From a virus (Duplodnaviria > Caudoviricetes), in IMG/VR virus record IMGVR_UViG_3300010371_000043, positions 1-52,583 of that record: 52,583 nucleotides of DNA. One strand, given 5' to 3'. The position numbers were made by a program, and so were the translations under genes. This document shows, piece by piece, positions 38,350-46,692 of the stretch (positions are counted from its first letter, which is position 1; each line of letters starts with the position of its first letter). The notes under the pieces are model-generated. The model ran no database searches and was not told the origin of the DNA. It was given only the letters and a program-made list of their open reading frames with translations.

Positions 38350-39800
38350 GTCCAGCCCAGCGCCGATACCCGCTCGCGCTTCTTTCCGCGCGGGCGTAGT
38401 CGTCTGGTGATCTCCGGGACGACGCCGCCATGCACCACGAGCGAAACGTACTGCAGGTCGTCAGCGACGTGCGAGAAGCCCTCCGCGTCGTTCTTGTCGG
38501 GGACAGTGCGCAAGGCCCCCTGCTTCGTTTTCGTAAAACGATAGCCGCCAGCCATAGCGCGACACAAGAACGGGCACCCGCGTCTCGATATCATTAATGT
38601 AGGTCCACCGTTCGTCTGACGCGTGAGTAGGGCCTCCACAGCGCGCAACCTCGGCTCGATATCGTTCGTTGGTGCTGGAAAAGCCGGCAGGCCAAGCCTC
38701 GCCAGCGCGTCGAAGCAACTCTCTTCCGAGACGTTGCCCTTCGCAACACCAGACGGATCGCCCACAACGGCAACGCGGTAGCCAAGATATCGGTTCGACA
38801 AAAGGGCCGGGCGCAGGCTCTGATTGATGTGTTTCTCCAAACCAACGTTGGTACCGGGCACTTCCTGCAGCACCAAGAGGCGTCCCATATGATCCATCTG
38901 ACAGATAAGTGACCATGGATTTCTCCCGAAGTCTTGACCAACCAGCAGCGGGTAGCCGGGGATCGGCATGACGTCATCGACTATGTGAAAATCTGTACGA
39001 AACGAGTTCTTGAACACAGCGGCGCCGCTGGGGTCGTCGCCGTACTGGGCCTTGACGTAGCGGCGGACCCAGTCGCTGTCCTCGCCGTACATTTCGACGA
39101 ATCGCTCGTAATACTTGCGCCCCTGCGCAAGTCGCGCCGGGTGATCCACAGGGAGCGACATCGACGCTTCATTTTGCACCAACCAGTTCAGGTTCTCGGC
39201 GTTCGGCGCGAGCCCGCTCGGCTGTCGGAAGATCGACCAATTCGGCCGCGGGTTCTCCATGAATTCATGCCACGGCGTCATTTCTGTCGGGAAGTTCGTA
39301 TCAGCCACGAGGCCGTACCACGAAGGAGTACCGTCGTCACCAGAAGGATAACGACCGAGACGCCCAGAGATAGGACCAATAACATCGAGGTCCATTTCAA
39401 TGCACTCTGACAGCCACGCGCCAGTAAGCTGCATAGACAGCAGACGCGACTGGTCCTCAGCATTTTCCAGCGGGATGAACACCCATTCGGATCGCACATT
39501 GTCGAACTCCAAATGGAAGGTGTTCTCGGAGACCTTCCAGTTGCCGAAGCCGCGGAGCCACTGCTGGCAATCCTTGAGCACGGTGTCTTTCAATTGCTTT
39601 AACGTCTGCCGCACAATCGCGTGGCGGGTGTGCCGGATGCCGTCCTTGCCGGGCGCCTGCACCGAGGAGCGTTTCAGCAACTCGATGACACACGCGGTCG
39701 TCTTGCCGGAACCGACCGGCCCGGCAATGAGCCGCCCGAAGGCTTCTGACTTCATAAACCGCGCGCAGGTGGGGGGAGCCGTGTAGTTCAGTTCAGCCAT
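38346..39800 (-). CDS. terL: terminase large subunit
   Basis: Walker A GPVGSGKT, Walker B GAWLSE, nuclease motifs GQDFG and SHVADDLQY. Confidence 0.92.
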   Translation of the reverse strand: MAELNYTAPPTCARFMKSEAFGRLIAGPVGSGKTTACVIELLKRSSVQAPGKDGIRHTRHAIVRQTLKQLKDTVLKDCQQWLRGFGNWKVSENTFHLEFDNVRSEWVFIPLENAEDQSRLLSMQLTGAWLSECIEMDLDVIGPISGRLGRYPSGDDGTPSWYGLVADTNFPTEMTPWHEFMENPRPNWSIFRQPSGLAPNAENLNWLVQNEASMSLPVDHPARLAQGRKYYERFVEMYGEDSDWVRRYVKAQYGDDPSGAAVFKNSFRTDFHIVDDVMPIPGYPLLVGQDFGRNPWSLICQMDHMGRLLVLQEVPGTNVGLEKHINQSLRPALLSNRYLGYRVAVVGDPSGVAKGNVSEESCFDALARLGLPAFPAPTNDIEPRLRAVEALLTRQTNGGPTLMISRRGCPFLCRAMAGGYRFTKTKQGALRTVPDKNDAEGFSHVADDLQYVSLVVHGGVVPEITRRLRPRGKKRERVSALGWT

Positions 39801-39803
39801 AAA

Positions 39804-40907
39804 TCACTTCCACTGTAGCCACGCCACGTTCTCGCGGGCGACCTTGCGACCTTCCAGCAAGACTTCCCAGCGGGCGGTGATGCCGTGCTCGGGATGCACG
39901 AAGAACAGTGCCTGCGAGGGGCGCGAGAACGGGGCGCGCAGCTTGAGCTTGGCGTACTCGTCGTAGCCCTTGAGGGCGCCGTTGACGATAACGCTCGGCA
40001 ACCAGAGCATCTGGTGATAGTGCCCCATCAGCAAGTGGTCGAAGTCCGCGCCGATAGCCGCCTCGCTGCGGCCGACCTTGAACGTGCCGCGCATGATTGG
40101 GCCGATCGCCCCAATAATTCCGTCGCCACCGGAGGTGCCGAGGCTGTCGCCGTGGGTGAGGAGGAACCGCTCGCCATACACCGAGAAATGGGCATCGGCA
40201 TCGACCGGGATGTGGAACTGAATGCGCTTGTCTTTGCGGAAGTGTCGCTCCAAATTGCAGTAGATGTTCCAGTCGAACGAAGTATAAACTCTTCCCTTCA
40301 TCCGCATCTTCTTGGTGGAGCGGCCGTGATTACCTACCACGCACGGCACGAATACTCGGCCGAACTTGTCGGCCATCTGCTCTAACCCTGCAGCAATCAT
40401 GTCGGAGAGATCGTTGACCGCTTGGTGCGGTGTGCGATCATTCGTCTCGGCGAGTTCTTCGTGGATGTCGCCTGAGATCATGTCGCCCCCGAGACAGATC
40501 ACGATGCCCGGATACTTGACGTTCGCCCGCCCCATGTGGTTCTCGCAGAGGTCGATGGTGATGTTCACCAGCCGCGTGAACCGCTCCTTTGCCACCTTGT
40601 TGTTGAAGACGTTGACGCCCCCGACTTGGTCTGGGAAGACCCGCTCTCCGTAGTGGAAGTCCGACCAGATGGTGACCGGACCGCCGCGGGCGCCGTTCTT
40701 GACGCCCTTCCCGGAGAGCCACACTGGTGGCTCTGGGGTGTGTGCCGCAAGATTGTAAATCTCCTGTCGGATTTTCTCGGCGGTGTCTTCGGCGCGCTGC
40801 AGCCCTTGGATCACGCGCTTGGTATCAAGTAACTCCGCATTCTTCTTCTTGATGATGTCCATCGCGTCTTGAAGCTGCTGCTCTACGGTTTTCTTTGCGC
40901 CGGCCAT
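39804..40907 (-). CDS. calcineurin-like metallophosphoesterase
   Basis: SDFHYGE, GGDM, GNHGR, THGD, GHYH metal-binding motifs. Confidence 0.85.
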   Translation of the reverse strand: MAGAKKTVEQQLQDAMDIIKKKNAELLDTKRVIQGLQRAEDTAEKIRQEIYNLAAHTPEPPVWLSGKGVKNGARGGPVTIWSDFHYGERVFPDQVGGVNVFNNKVAKERFTRLVNITIDLCENHMGRANVKYPGIVICLGGDMISGDIHEELAETNDRTPHQAVNDLSDMIAAGLEQMADKFGRVFVPCVVGNHGRSTKKMRMKGRVYTSFDWNIYCNLERHFRKDKRIQFHIPVDADAHFSVYGERFLLTHGDSLGTSGGDGIIGAIGPIMRGTFKVGRSEAAIGADFDHLLMGHYHQMLWLPSVIVNGALKGYDEYAKLKLRAPFSRPSQALFFVHPEHGITARWEVLLEGRKVARENVAWLQWK

Positions 40908-40969
40908 TCGTGTATCTCCAAGTTCGCTCGTGACCCTTTGGGGAGTGGGAGTATCTAAACGCCCGCTCC

Positions 40970-41785
40970 TTACTTTTTGGTGTCTTCCGGTATCGCTGCT
41001 CGATCGCTTGGCGCTTGGGAGACCAGTCGAAACGTCGATGCGTTTCCCGCCCCTTCGGCGATTGGTCGAAGCGCCTGCGCACGATCTTGCCCTTCGGCGT
41101 CGACTGGAATTTGGCCGACGCCAGCCGCAGATACACCTGCCGCCGATATTTCTTTAGGGGCCCCGACCACAAGCCTCTCGTCGGCCCCAAGATTGATAGT
41201 AATAGTAAATCTCTCTCCCGTGGCGACATTCCCCATGTCGCGCTCGCCGACGCCAGCGATTTTTGCAAAGAGCTTTGCCGCTTCAACGACGCCGGGCAGG
41301 CCCTCACTCTTGTTACCCATGCGGATGGCAAGATCAGGGAGCTTGTCTTCGAGGGCGGCTGCGGCTTGCGCCTTGATCCGCTCTGGGGTGGACATCGCGC
41401 TGTTCCACTCGATGACGGACGCGTAGAGCGCGGCTTTGAAGAACTCGTTGTGCTCGCGGAGGAAGTCATACTGCACCCGGTTGAGGCCGTAGTCTTTGAG
41501 GATGTCGAGTTGTGGTCGGATGTCCATGGCCAACTCGCGCGCCAGTCTCGCCAGCATCTGCGCGGTAAGCGCCGGCAGGGAGAGGAGCGCCTTCGCCGCC
41601 TGCACGCCGTCGGGGGTCAGCTTTGTTACCGTGGCGGTAACAGCGGCATCGAGGCCCGCCTGCTCCTCGGGCGCCGCCTGCGCGCGACTGAGAACAGCAT
41701 AGATCGAGCCGTCGCTCGGCTCCTTCCACACTGCGTTCGGGTTGGTGAGGACCGCCGCAAAGCCGGTATCGACTGGCTCGTCCAT
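40970..41785 (-). CDS. putative terminase small subunit
   Basis: 271 aa, helical core LARELAMD...ERIKAQAAA...F.ITINLG, upstream of terL; TGATG coupling. Confidence 0.55.
   Translation of the reverse strand: MDEPVDTGFAAVLTNPNAVWKEPSDGSIYAVLSRAQAAPEEQAGLDAAVTATVTKLTPDGVQAAKALLSLPALTAQMLARLARELAMDIRPQLDILKDYGLNRVQYDFLREHNEFFKAALYASVIEWNSAMSTPERIKAQAAAALEDKLPDLAIRMGNKSEGLPGVVEAAKLFAKIAGVGERDMGNVATGERFTITINLGADERLVVGAPKEISAAGVSAAGVGQIPVDAEGQDRAQALRPIAEGAGNASTFRLVSQAPSDRAAIPEDTKK
41625..41641. promoter_or_regulatory. palindrome copy 5 (perfect, intragenic)
   Basis: GTTACCGTGGCGGTAAC, encodes VTATVT. Confidence 0.6.
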
Positions 41786-42153
41786 CAGTGGACCTTGTCT
41801 TCCTTCAACGGGCATTGCTTGAGGAGACAGGCAAGCTGACGCGCGTTGCCCGTCATGTCGGCGACACTGGCGATCAGGGCACACTGCGCCTCCAACACGT
41901 GCGCCGGGTCGAGGTAGCCCTCGTCGCAGGCCGCCTTGATGTTCGTCATCAGCCAGAGCTTGGCAGCTTGAGAATACGCCTTGACGGCGGCGTCGGCGAT
42001 CTGGGCGAACTCGCCGCGGGTGGTCTTGCGGTCATATGCGTCGATCAGAAGCAGCATGGCCCCGGTCTGCAACCGCGCGATCGTCTGCGGGGAGACCTCG
42101 GTGGACAGTGCTTCGACCATGAACTCTTCGTCGACAACCGGGTCGGCGGGCAT
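41785..42153 (-). CDS. hypothetical protein, 122 aa
   Basis: Start MPADPVV coupled (TGATG) to the stop of the CtrA-like gene. Confidence 0.6.
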   Translation of the reverse strand: MPADPVVDEEFMVEALSTEVSPQTIARLQTGAMLLLIDAYDRKTTRGEFAQIADAAVKAYSQAAKLWLMTNIKAACDEGYLDPAHVLEAQCALIASVADMTGNARQLACLLKQCPLKEDKVH

Positions 42154-42722
42154 CAGGCATTTCCTCCACCAGTGGCAAGGGCCGTAAGCATCACAAGCGC
42201 AGCCTCGCGGTGCACCGGGTCCATACGGTATCCAACCCCCCACACGGTGAGGATGTCGAAATTGAAAGGTTTCAGCTTTTTACGGAGATGGCAGACCATG
42301 ACATCGACCATCTTCTGGTCGGTCGGCTCCTTGTTCGTCCCATACATCAGCCGCGTGTGTTCGATCACGTCGTGCAAGGTTTGTTTGGAGACTTGCTGGC
42401 GCTTGAGGACGGCGGTCAGCAGGGCGGATTGGAGGCGGGTAGTTTTGAATTTCACGGAGCAGAGAAACTTGACCTGCTCCTCGTCGTTCAAGATATTGTG
42501 ATCCGATTGTGATCGGTTCGCGCGTGGCGATCCCGGTGGCCAGTCGTCCTTGGGGATGTCGACGATACGCCCTTCGAGCAGCGCGGTGGTCAGTATCTCG
42601 TAGACGTCCGACCCTGCTACCCTGATCGCCCGGGCGATCGCCCGAACTGGGATGCCCTCGTCAGCAAGGCGGATGGCGATGTCTTCTGGTGATGCGGCGA
42701 CAGGCTGGACGTCTGCTAACAT
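42153..42722 (-). CDS. CtrA-like OmpR/PhoB winged-helix regulator lacking a receiver domain, with N-terminal HTH-like segment
   Basis: EPTDQKMVDVMVCHLRKKL...ILTVWGVGYRMD resembles CtrA EPELKIIDVFICKLRKKL...IETVWGRGY; GGGAG RBS before ATG 42722. Confidence 0.8.
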   Translation of the reverse strand: MLADVQPVAASPEDIAIRLADEGIPVRAIARAIRVAGSDVYEILTTALLEGRIVDIPKDDWPPGSPRANRSQSDHNILNDEEQVKFLCSVKFKTTRLQSALLTAVLKRQQVSKQTLHDVIEHTRLMYGTNKEPTDQKMVDVMVCHLRKKLKPFNFDILTVWGVGYRMDPVHREAALVMLTALATGGGNA

Positions 42723-42750
42723 GTGATGCGGCTCCCACTGACCGGAGGGG

Positions 42751-42780
42751 AGCATAAGTTAATTTTCTCGGAACTGTCAA
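42751..42780 (-). promoter_or_regulatory. sigma70-type promoter of the CtrA-like gene
   Basis: TTGACA-N18-TATGCT on the minus strand, with a TTAAC half-site in the spacer. Confidence 0.65.
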
Positions 42781-42815
42781 GCGGGTGATCAAAATAGCTC
42801 ACACGAGGGGAAGTA

Positions 42816-42956
42816 GGCTCGCCACCTTCTGACCCCCATCGGTAGGCGTCCGTGCAAACGCCGGAAGACGGCAGCGAGCCCGACGATGACACTATCGTGA
42901 TGGCGTTAACGAACCCCAAACGCCGATGGCCCCGAAGCATTACCCTCGGGGCCACC
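42816..42956 (-). ncRNA. candidate structured RNA (multi-hairpin)
   Basis: 13-bp and 11-bp stems plus smaller hairpins; mismatches become G-U pairs on the minus strand. Confidence 0.35.
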
Positions 42957-42981
42957 TTGCGTCATGTTTCGGTGAGTATCG

Positions 42982-43188
42982 TTACGCCGCCGGTGGAGTG
43001 GGGGGCGCCGGCGGTGCAAGCGCAGTCTCTGCCGCTGTCGAGCTTGTGTCAAGCGTCCCGGCGAGCGCATCGAGAGCGGTCTGGTCGGCCGCTGCCTGTG
43101 CCGGGTTCGGGAGTGCCGCCACGAGCTTGGCGACATCGCCGTCGACGCGAGCGACGGCGGCATTGATCTTGGTGAAATCGAGAGCCAT
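42982..43188 (-). CDS. Ala-rich hypothetical protein, 68 aa
   Basis: AGAGGA RBS before MALDFTKI. Confidence 0.6.
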   Translation of the reverse strand: MALDFTKINAAVARVDGDVAKLVAALPNPAQAAADQTALDALAGTLDTSSTAAETALAPPAPPTPPAA

Positions 43189-43305
43189 GGCGTGTTGTCC
43201 TCTGAGCAGGTGGTGAAGCAGTTGGCGATCGGTGACGTATTGCAGCTTACCGTGGAACAGAAGCTCCTCGGTTTCTCTGATCCAGTCCATCATGACGGCA
43301 TATCC

Positions 43306-43320
43306 TTAAGCGAGAGTTAG
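43306..43320 (-). promoter_or_regulatory. CtrA-like box (1 mismatch)
   Basis: TTAA-GCGAGAG-TTAG; CATGAT 11 nt downstream; includes a TAA stop codon; 118 nt from ATG 43188. Confidence 0.5.
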
Positions 43321-43445
43321 CGGCGGCGGGGCGGCTTCTTATCGTAAAGGTGTTCCGCGACGAGCAACGCGCCGGCGACAAGCACGGCAACGAGGATCAT
43401 GCGCGCGGCCTCCACGGCCAGTACGAACGGAATATCGTTCATCAT
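43317..43445 (-). CDS. small membrane peptide, 42 aa
   Basis: MMNDIPFVLAVEAARMILVAVLVAGALLVAEHLYDKKPPRRR; AAGGA RBS, ATGA coupling. Confidence 0.5.
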   Translation of the reverse strand: MMNDIPFVLAVEAARMILVAVLVAGALLVAEHLYDKKPPRRR

Positions 43446-43735
43446 GTGTCCTTTGGTCGCGGGAACCGCGCTATCACCTTGCCACGCACGAGGCAGCGCC
43501 GCAGCCGCGTTGCCATCTGGGAACAGTCGTCCCCGCCGTCGTTGAAAGCGATGCTCGATGCCGTGGTGATGGTGGTCGGCGTGACGTCGAGCACGAACCC
43601 GACAGTCTCGCAGATGGAGTGCGGCACCAACTCCTCCTTGATCTTATTGATCTCCTTCCACCCCATCGAGGAATAGCTGCAGTGGTCGTCCCAGCGCATG
43701 TAGACGAGATCACCGACCTTCGGATTGAACTTCAT
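43442..43735 (-). CDS. hypothetical protein, 97 aa
   Basis: W.D......GW...C.TVGF motif as seen in small phage proteins; coupled. Confidence 0.6.
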   Translation of the reverse strand: MKFNPKVGDLVYMRWDDHCSYSSMGWKEINKIKEELVPHSICETVGFVLDVTPTTITTASSIAFNDGGDDCSQMATRLRRCLVRGKVIARFPRPKDT

Positions 43736-43938
43736 GCCGCCACCGGCTTGGCCATGGACCCGAGGTGCGTACGGCCGATCATGGTGGTGGCGCGCTGCTC
43801 CTGCATCGGGGGCAGGTGCTGGGTGGCATGCGGCTGGCGGCAGATACCGTCAGGGTCGAGCGGGTCGCCGCACTTGTTGCAGTGGGTGGGGTTCGATGGG
43901 CGCACGGGATCGCTGCCGCGGTGAGCTACGTGTTGCAT
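43732..43938 (-). CDS. hypothetical zinc-binding protein, 68 aa
   Basis: CNKCG...C...H; GGGGAG RBS. Confidence 0.5.
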   Translation of the reverse strand: MQHVAHRGSDPVRPSNPTHCNKCGDPLDPDGICRQPHATQHLPPMQEQRATTMIGRTHLGSMAKPVAA

Positions 43939-43939
43939 T

Positions 43940-44254
43940 TCAGTTGCTCCCCCCGATGGAAGAGACCGAGGCTGTCATTGGCGGATCGTCGGCAGCGCTC
44001 GCGGCCTTGGTGGCGGCGATCTGTTTGTCGCGCTCGATCACCTGCCGCTTGGTCAGCGGCCCCTCGCTGATGCGGGTAATCATCAGGTGGTCGTGGATGT
44101 TGAAATAGACGTCGCCGCCCGGCAGCACGAACTGCGGCTTCTGCGTCTCCCATTTGCCGGTGCCCGCGGACAGGTCGCCGACATAGGCGCGGGTGACGAC
44201 TTTGACTTTCCAGTTGGCGTAAAGCCCGACGGTGACACGGACGGAAGTAGTCAT
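43940..44254 (-). CDS. hypothetical protein, 104 aa
   Basis: GGAG RBS; first gene after the perfect CtrA-like box. Confidence 0.6.
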   Translation of the reverse strand: MTTSVRVTVGLYANWKVKVVTRAYVGDLSAGTGKWETQKPQFVLPGGDVYFNIHDHLMITRISEGPLTKRQVIERDKQIAATKAASAADDPPMTASVSSIGGSN

Positions 44255-44351
44255 GGGGACGGCTCCAAGGGATGCGATCTCACCGGCGCCCTGTACATCC
44301 GAGGGCTCTCCCGTGAGACCGTGGGGGTCAGGGAAACATCACCTTGTCACC

Positions 44352-44366
44352 TTAATAAAGGGTTAA
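44352..44366 (-). promoter_or_regulatory. CtrA-like box (perfect)
   Basis: TTAA-TAAAGGG-TTAA, intergenic, 98 nt upstream of ATG 44254. Confidence 0.65.
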
Positions 44367-44453
44367 AATGGGTTTTTGGCTCCTAGGTATTTCCGGGGCG
44401 GGTCTCGCGCAGCGAGACGGGGGGCGCCCGTCCATGCTACCGGGGGGCGCGCG

Positions 44454-44484
44454 AAAGCCCCCGACGGGGCGAACCCGTCGGGGG
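44454..44484 (-). terminator. putative terminator hairpin
   Basis: CCCCCGACGGG/CCCGTCGGGGG 11-bp stem, then CTTT on the minus strand, after the stop at 44513. Confidence 0.55.
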
Positions 44485-44512
44485 ATCAGGTCAGGAACTG
44501 GTTAGCAAGGTG

Positions 44513-44719
44513 TTACTTCGCGGGTTTCTCGTAGGCCGAGTTGGGAACTGTCACATTCAGGGACACTCCCACATTGCCGAAGCGGGTAAAGCCACGGGTG
44601 GATGCCACGGTGAACGACTTGCCAGAGGCTGACTTGGGCGCATTCTTGCACGCCTCAGGCGACACGTCGATTTCGAGGAACAGCTTGCCGTCTTTGATGG
44701 TGCCGTTGATATTGGACAT
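44513..44719 (-). CDS. small hypothetical protein, 68 aa
   Basis: SASGKS..VASTRG motif; AAAGG RBS. Confidence 0.65.
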   Translation of the reverse strand: MSNINGTIKDGKLFLEIDVSPEACKNAPKSASGKSFTVASTRGFTRFGNVGVSLNVTVPNSAYEKPAK

Positions 44720-44868
44720 GATGTAGACCTTTCAGGGTGAAGAGGCGGCCGCCAATCGGCCGGCTCACACTCGCCGCGTCGAACGGCCTGCAAGGTGGTA
44801 GCGCTCGACAGTTACACTGCCCTAGGCTAAAAACTGAGCGATTAAGCCATGCGCTCTAAACACGTCTA

Positions 44869-45472
44869 AAATGTCCAATAAGTGTCCAATCTGGTTTGGA
44901 CACTTCTTTGTGAGAGATTTCAACCACTTAACCCCTAAAAGGCATAAGTGTCCAGTTTTTTTGAAAACAAGACCCCCTACGTAGCACCTTCCTACCCCCT
45001 ACCCCTCCCCCCCCCTCCAATACTTCTTTAACCTTTGGCAGAAAATCGTCCGGCAGAAAAATATCTGTCTTTGTAAATAGTATTATTAGGAGAACAAAAC
45101 ATAAACACAGCTACTATTAGTGGTATGGCCTCGAAAAAGGTGAAAAGGTTAAAATTCTATTCGGGTAGGGGGGAGGGGTGGGGGGTAGGTAAGCCCGAGG
45201 TAGGGTCATTTGTTTTCAAAAAGTTGGACACTTGGACACTTATATACCATTTTACCACAACGCACTTGCACCATCACGTCCCCGTTACCTGAGCTACGCT
45301 CCCAGCACATAGTGCCCACGACCTCAATAAGTGTCCACCGCAAATTACGCTATACCTCGATACCACATGGCTGGCGCTCTCCGAGCCGCGCTCTGCCGCT
45401 CTCCGTCGCTCGATAGCGGTATCATGATATAGCAGATTATCGCGTGGACACTTTCGCGACCATTGGACACTT
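44869..45472. other. putative replication origin / genome control region
   Basis: Non-coding and AT-rich; eight TGGACACTT/AAGTGTCCA 9-mers; ~70-bp imperfect inverted repeat (44946-45018 vs 45163-45233) with C-tract and G-tract arms. Confidence 0.55.
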
Positions 45473-45541
45473 ATCGACCTAGCCACCCCTCATGGGGGCG
45501 TTCGGCCCGGCGGGATCGGCGCGCCGCGATCGGCCCGCCGC

Positions 45542-45558
45542 GTTACCGCTGCGGTAAC
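45542..45558. promoter_or_regulatory. palindrome copy 6 (perfect, intergenic)
   Basis: GTTACCGCTGCGGTAAC, 36 nt before the first early ATG. Confidence 0.7.
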
Positions 45559-45593
45559 GGAACCCCTCCCGACTTGAAAGGTCACAAGCTACC

Positions 45594-45929
45594 ATGACGA
45601 AGATCAATCACCGCTCGAACTCGCTGCACCCGGCGCGGCGCACCGCCGCTGCCTACGACAGCCTTGAATTGGCCACGTTGGCTTGGCTCGATGCCAGCAG
45701 GCACATCGCCACATCCCGCAATGCAGCGCCCACCCTGTCACTACGGTCTTTCCCCATGCCGTCCATCCCCTTCAGAGAAGGCGCAGACGTGATCCAGCCG
45801 GTGCGCAAGTATCCGGCAGCGCCAGCCTTCGGGCGCCGTGGAGCGCCTCGCCAGTTCGCTTGCAGCATGAACTGCGGCTCGCCGGCCTGTGTGAGCGGCT
45901 GCACCCGGCAGAACGGAGGGTCACGTTAA
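45594..45929 (+). CDS. hypothetical early protein with Cys-rich C-terminus
   Basis: 111 aa; stop coupled to the next ATG (TAATG); start uncertain. Confidence 0.45.
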   Translation: MTKINHRSNSLHPARRTAAAYDSLELATLAWLDASRHIATSRNAAPTLSLRSFPMPSIPFREGADVIQPVRKYPAAPAFGRRGAPRQFACSMNCGSPACVSGCTRQNGGSR

Positions 45930-46117
45930 TGGCACTGGCAAACGACGAAGGGCCGATCCGGAGCGTGGTCGGCAAGACTATCCAGTCGGCAGTGGCGGCT
46001 CTTGATGTGAGTGGCTATGGCTTTGTCCATCTGACCTTCACGGACGGTACGTCGCTGACCGTGGAGGAACTCGGGCAGTGCGGCGAGATCAGGTACTGGA
46101 TCGGGGAGGATGCGTGA
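45929..46117 (+). CDS. hypothetical protein, 62 aa
   Basis: GGAGG RBS; VGKTI...LTFTDGT motif. Confidence 0.6.
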   Translation: MALANDEGPIRSVVGKTIQSAVAALDVSGYGFVHLTFTDGTSLTVEELGQCGEIRYWIGEDA

Positions 46118-46302
46118 TGGAGAAAGGCACGTTCAGCGATCCGAAGTGCGCGCGTTGCCGCGCCTTCCCGGTGTCCGTCATCCGGGAAGGCCGCGACGTG
46201 TTCATCACTGTGCGCTATGACATAGGCGGCCAAGATGAAGCCGCACGATATGCATCGCTGACCGACGACGAAGCGCTGGCAAGCCTGTGGTGGCGAGCAT
46301 GA
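46117..46302 (+). CDS. hypothetical protein, 61 aa
   Basis: GGAGG RBS, TGATG coupling, CxxC. Confidence 0.55.
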   Translation: MEKGTFSDPKCARCRAFPVSVIREGRDVFITVRYDIGGQDEAARYASLTDDEALASLWWRA

Positions 46303-46315
46303 TGGAGGTGCTGTG

Positions 46316-46558
46316 ATGCGTGGCCGTCCGAAAGCAGCCGCTACCATGCGGCACACCGCAATCGTATTGCCAGAAACCTTGCTAACTCGGCTTAAGGAGG
46401 CTGGGGCGGCAAGTGGTCGTGGGTTCAGTGGCGAGGTGCGTCACCGCCTGATTGCGAGCCTTGAACAAGGTGACGTGGTAGATCGACCGCGGCTTGCTCC
46501 TGCGCAACGGGACTACGTGGTCAACATCGTCAAGGAAATGGTGGAGGGCTTGCGATGA
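46316..46558 (+). CDS. Arc/ribbon-helix-helix DNA-binding protein
   Basis: RGRPK...IVLPE.L..RLKEA...SGR..SGEV.HRL..SL; GGAGG RBS. Confidence 0.75.
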   Translation: MRGRPKAAATMRHTAIVLPETLLTRLKEAGAASGRGFSGEVRHRLIASLEQGDVVDRPRLAPAQRDYVVNIVKEMVEGLR

Positions 46559-46692
46559 TCGGGATCGCAGTGATGCTGTTAGGCATTGCCGGGCTGCTGT
46601 GGATGATCTACGGCGAGTTGTGCCTGATCCGCAAGATCATGGATCGGCAAACGGGATGGAGCGAGCCCACATGGTGGAGTGGCCCCACATGA
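46555..46692 (+). CDS. small membrane peptide, 45 aa
   Basis: MIGIAVMLLGIAGLLWMIYG...; GGAGG RBS, ATGA coupling at both ends. Confidence 0.5.
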   Translation: MIGIAVMLLGIAGLLWMIYGELCLIRKIMDRQTGWSEPTWWSGPT

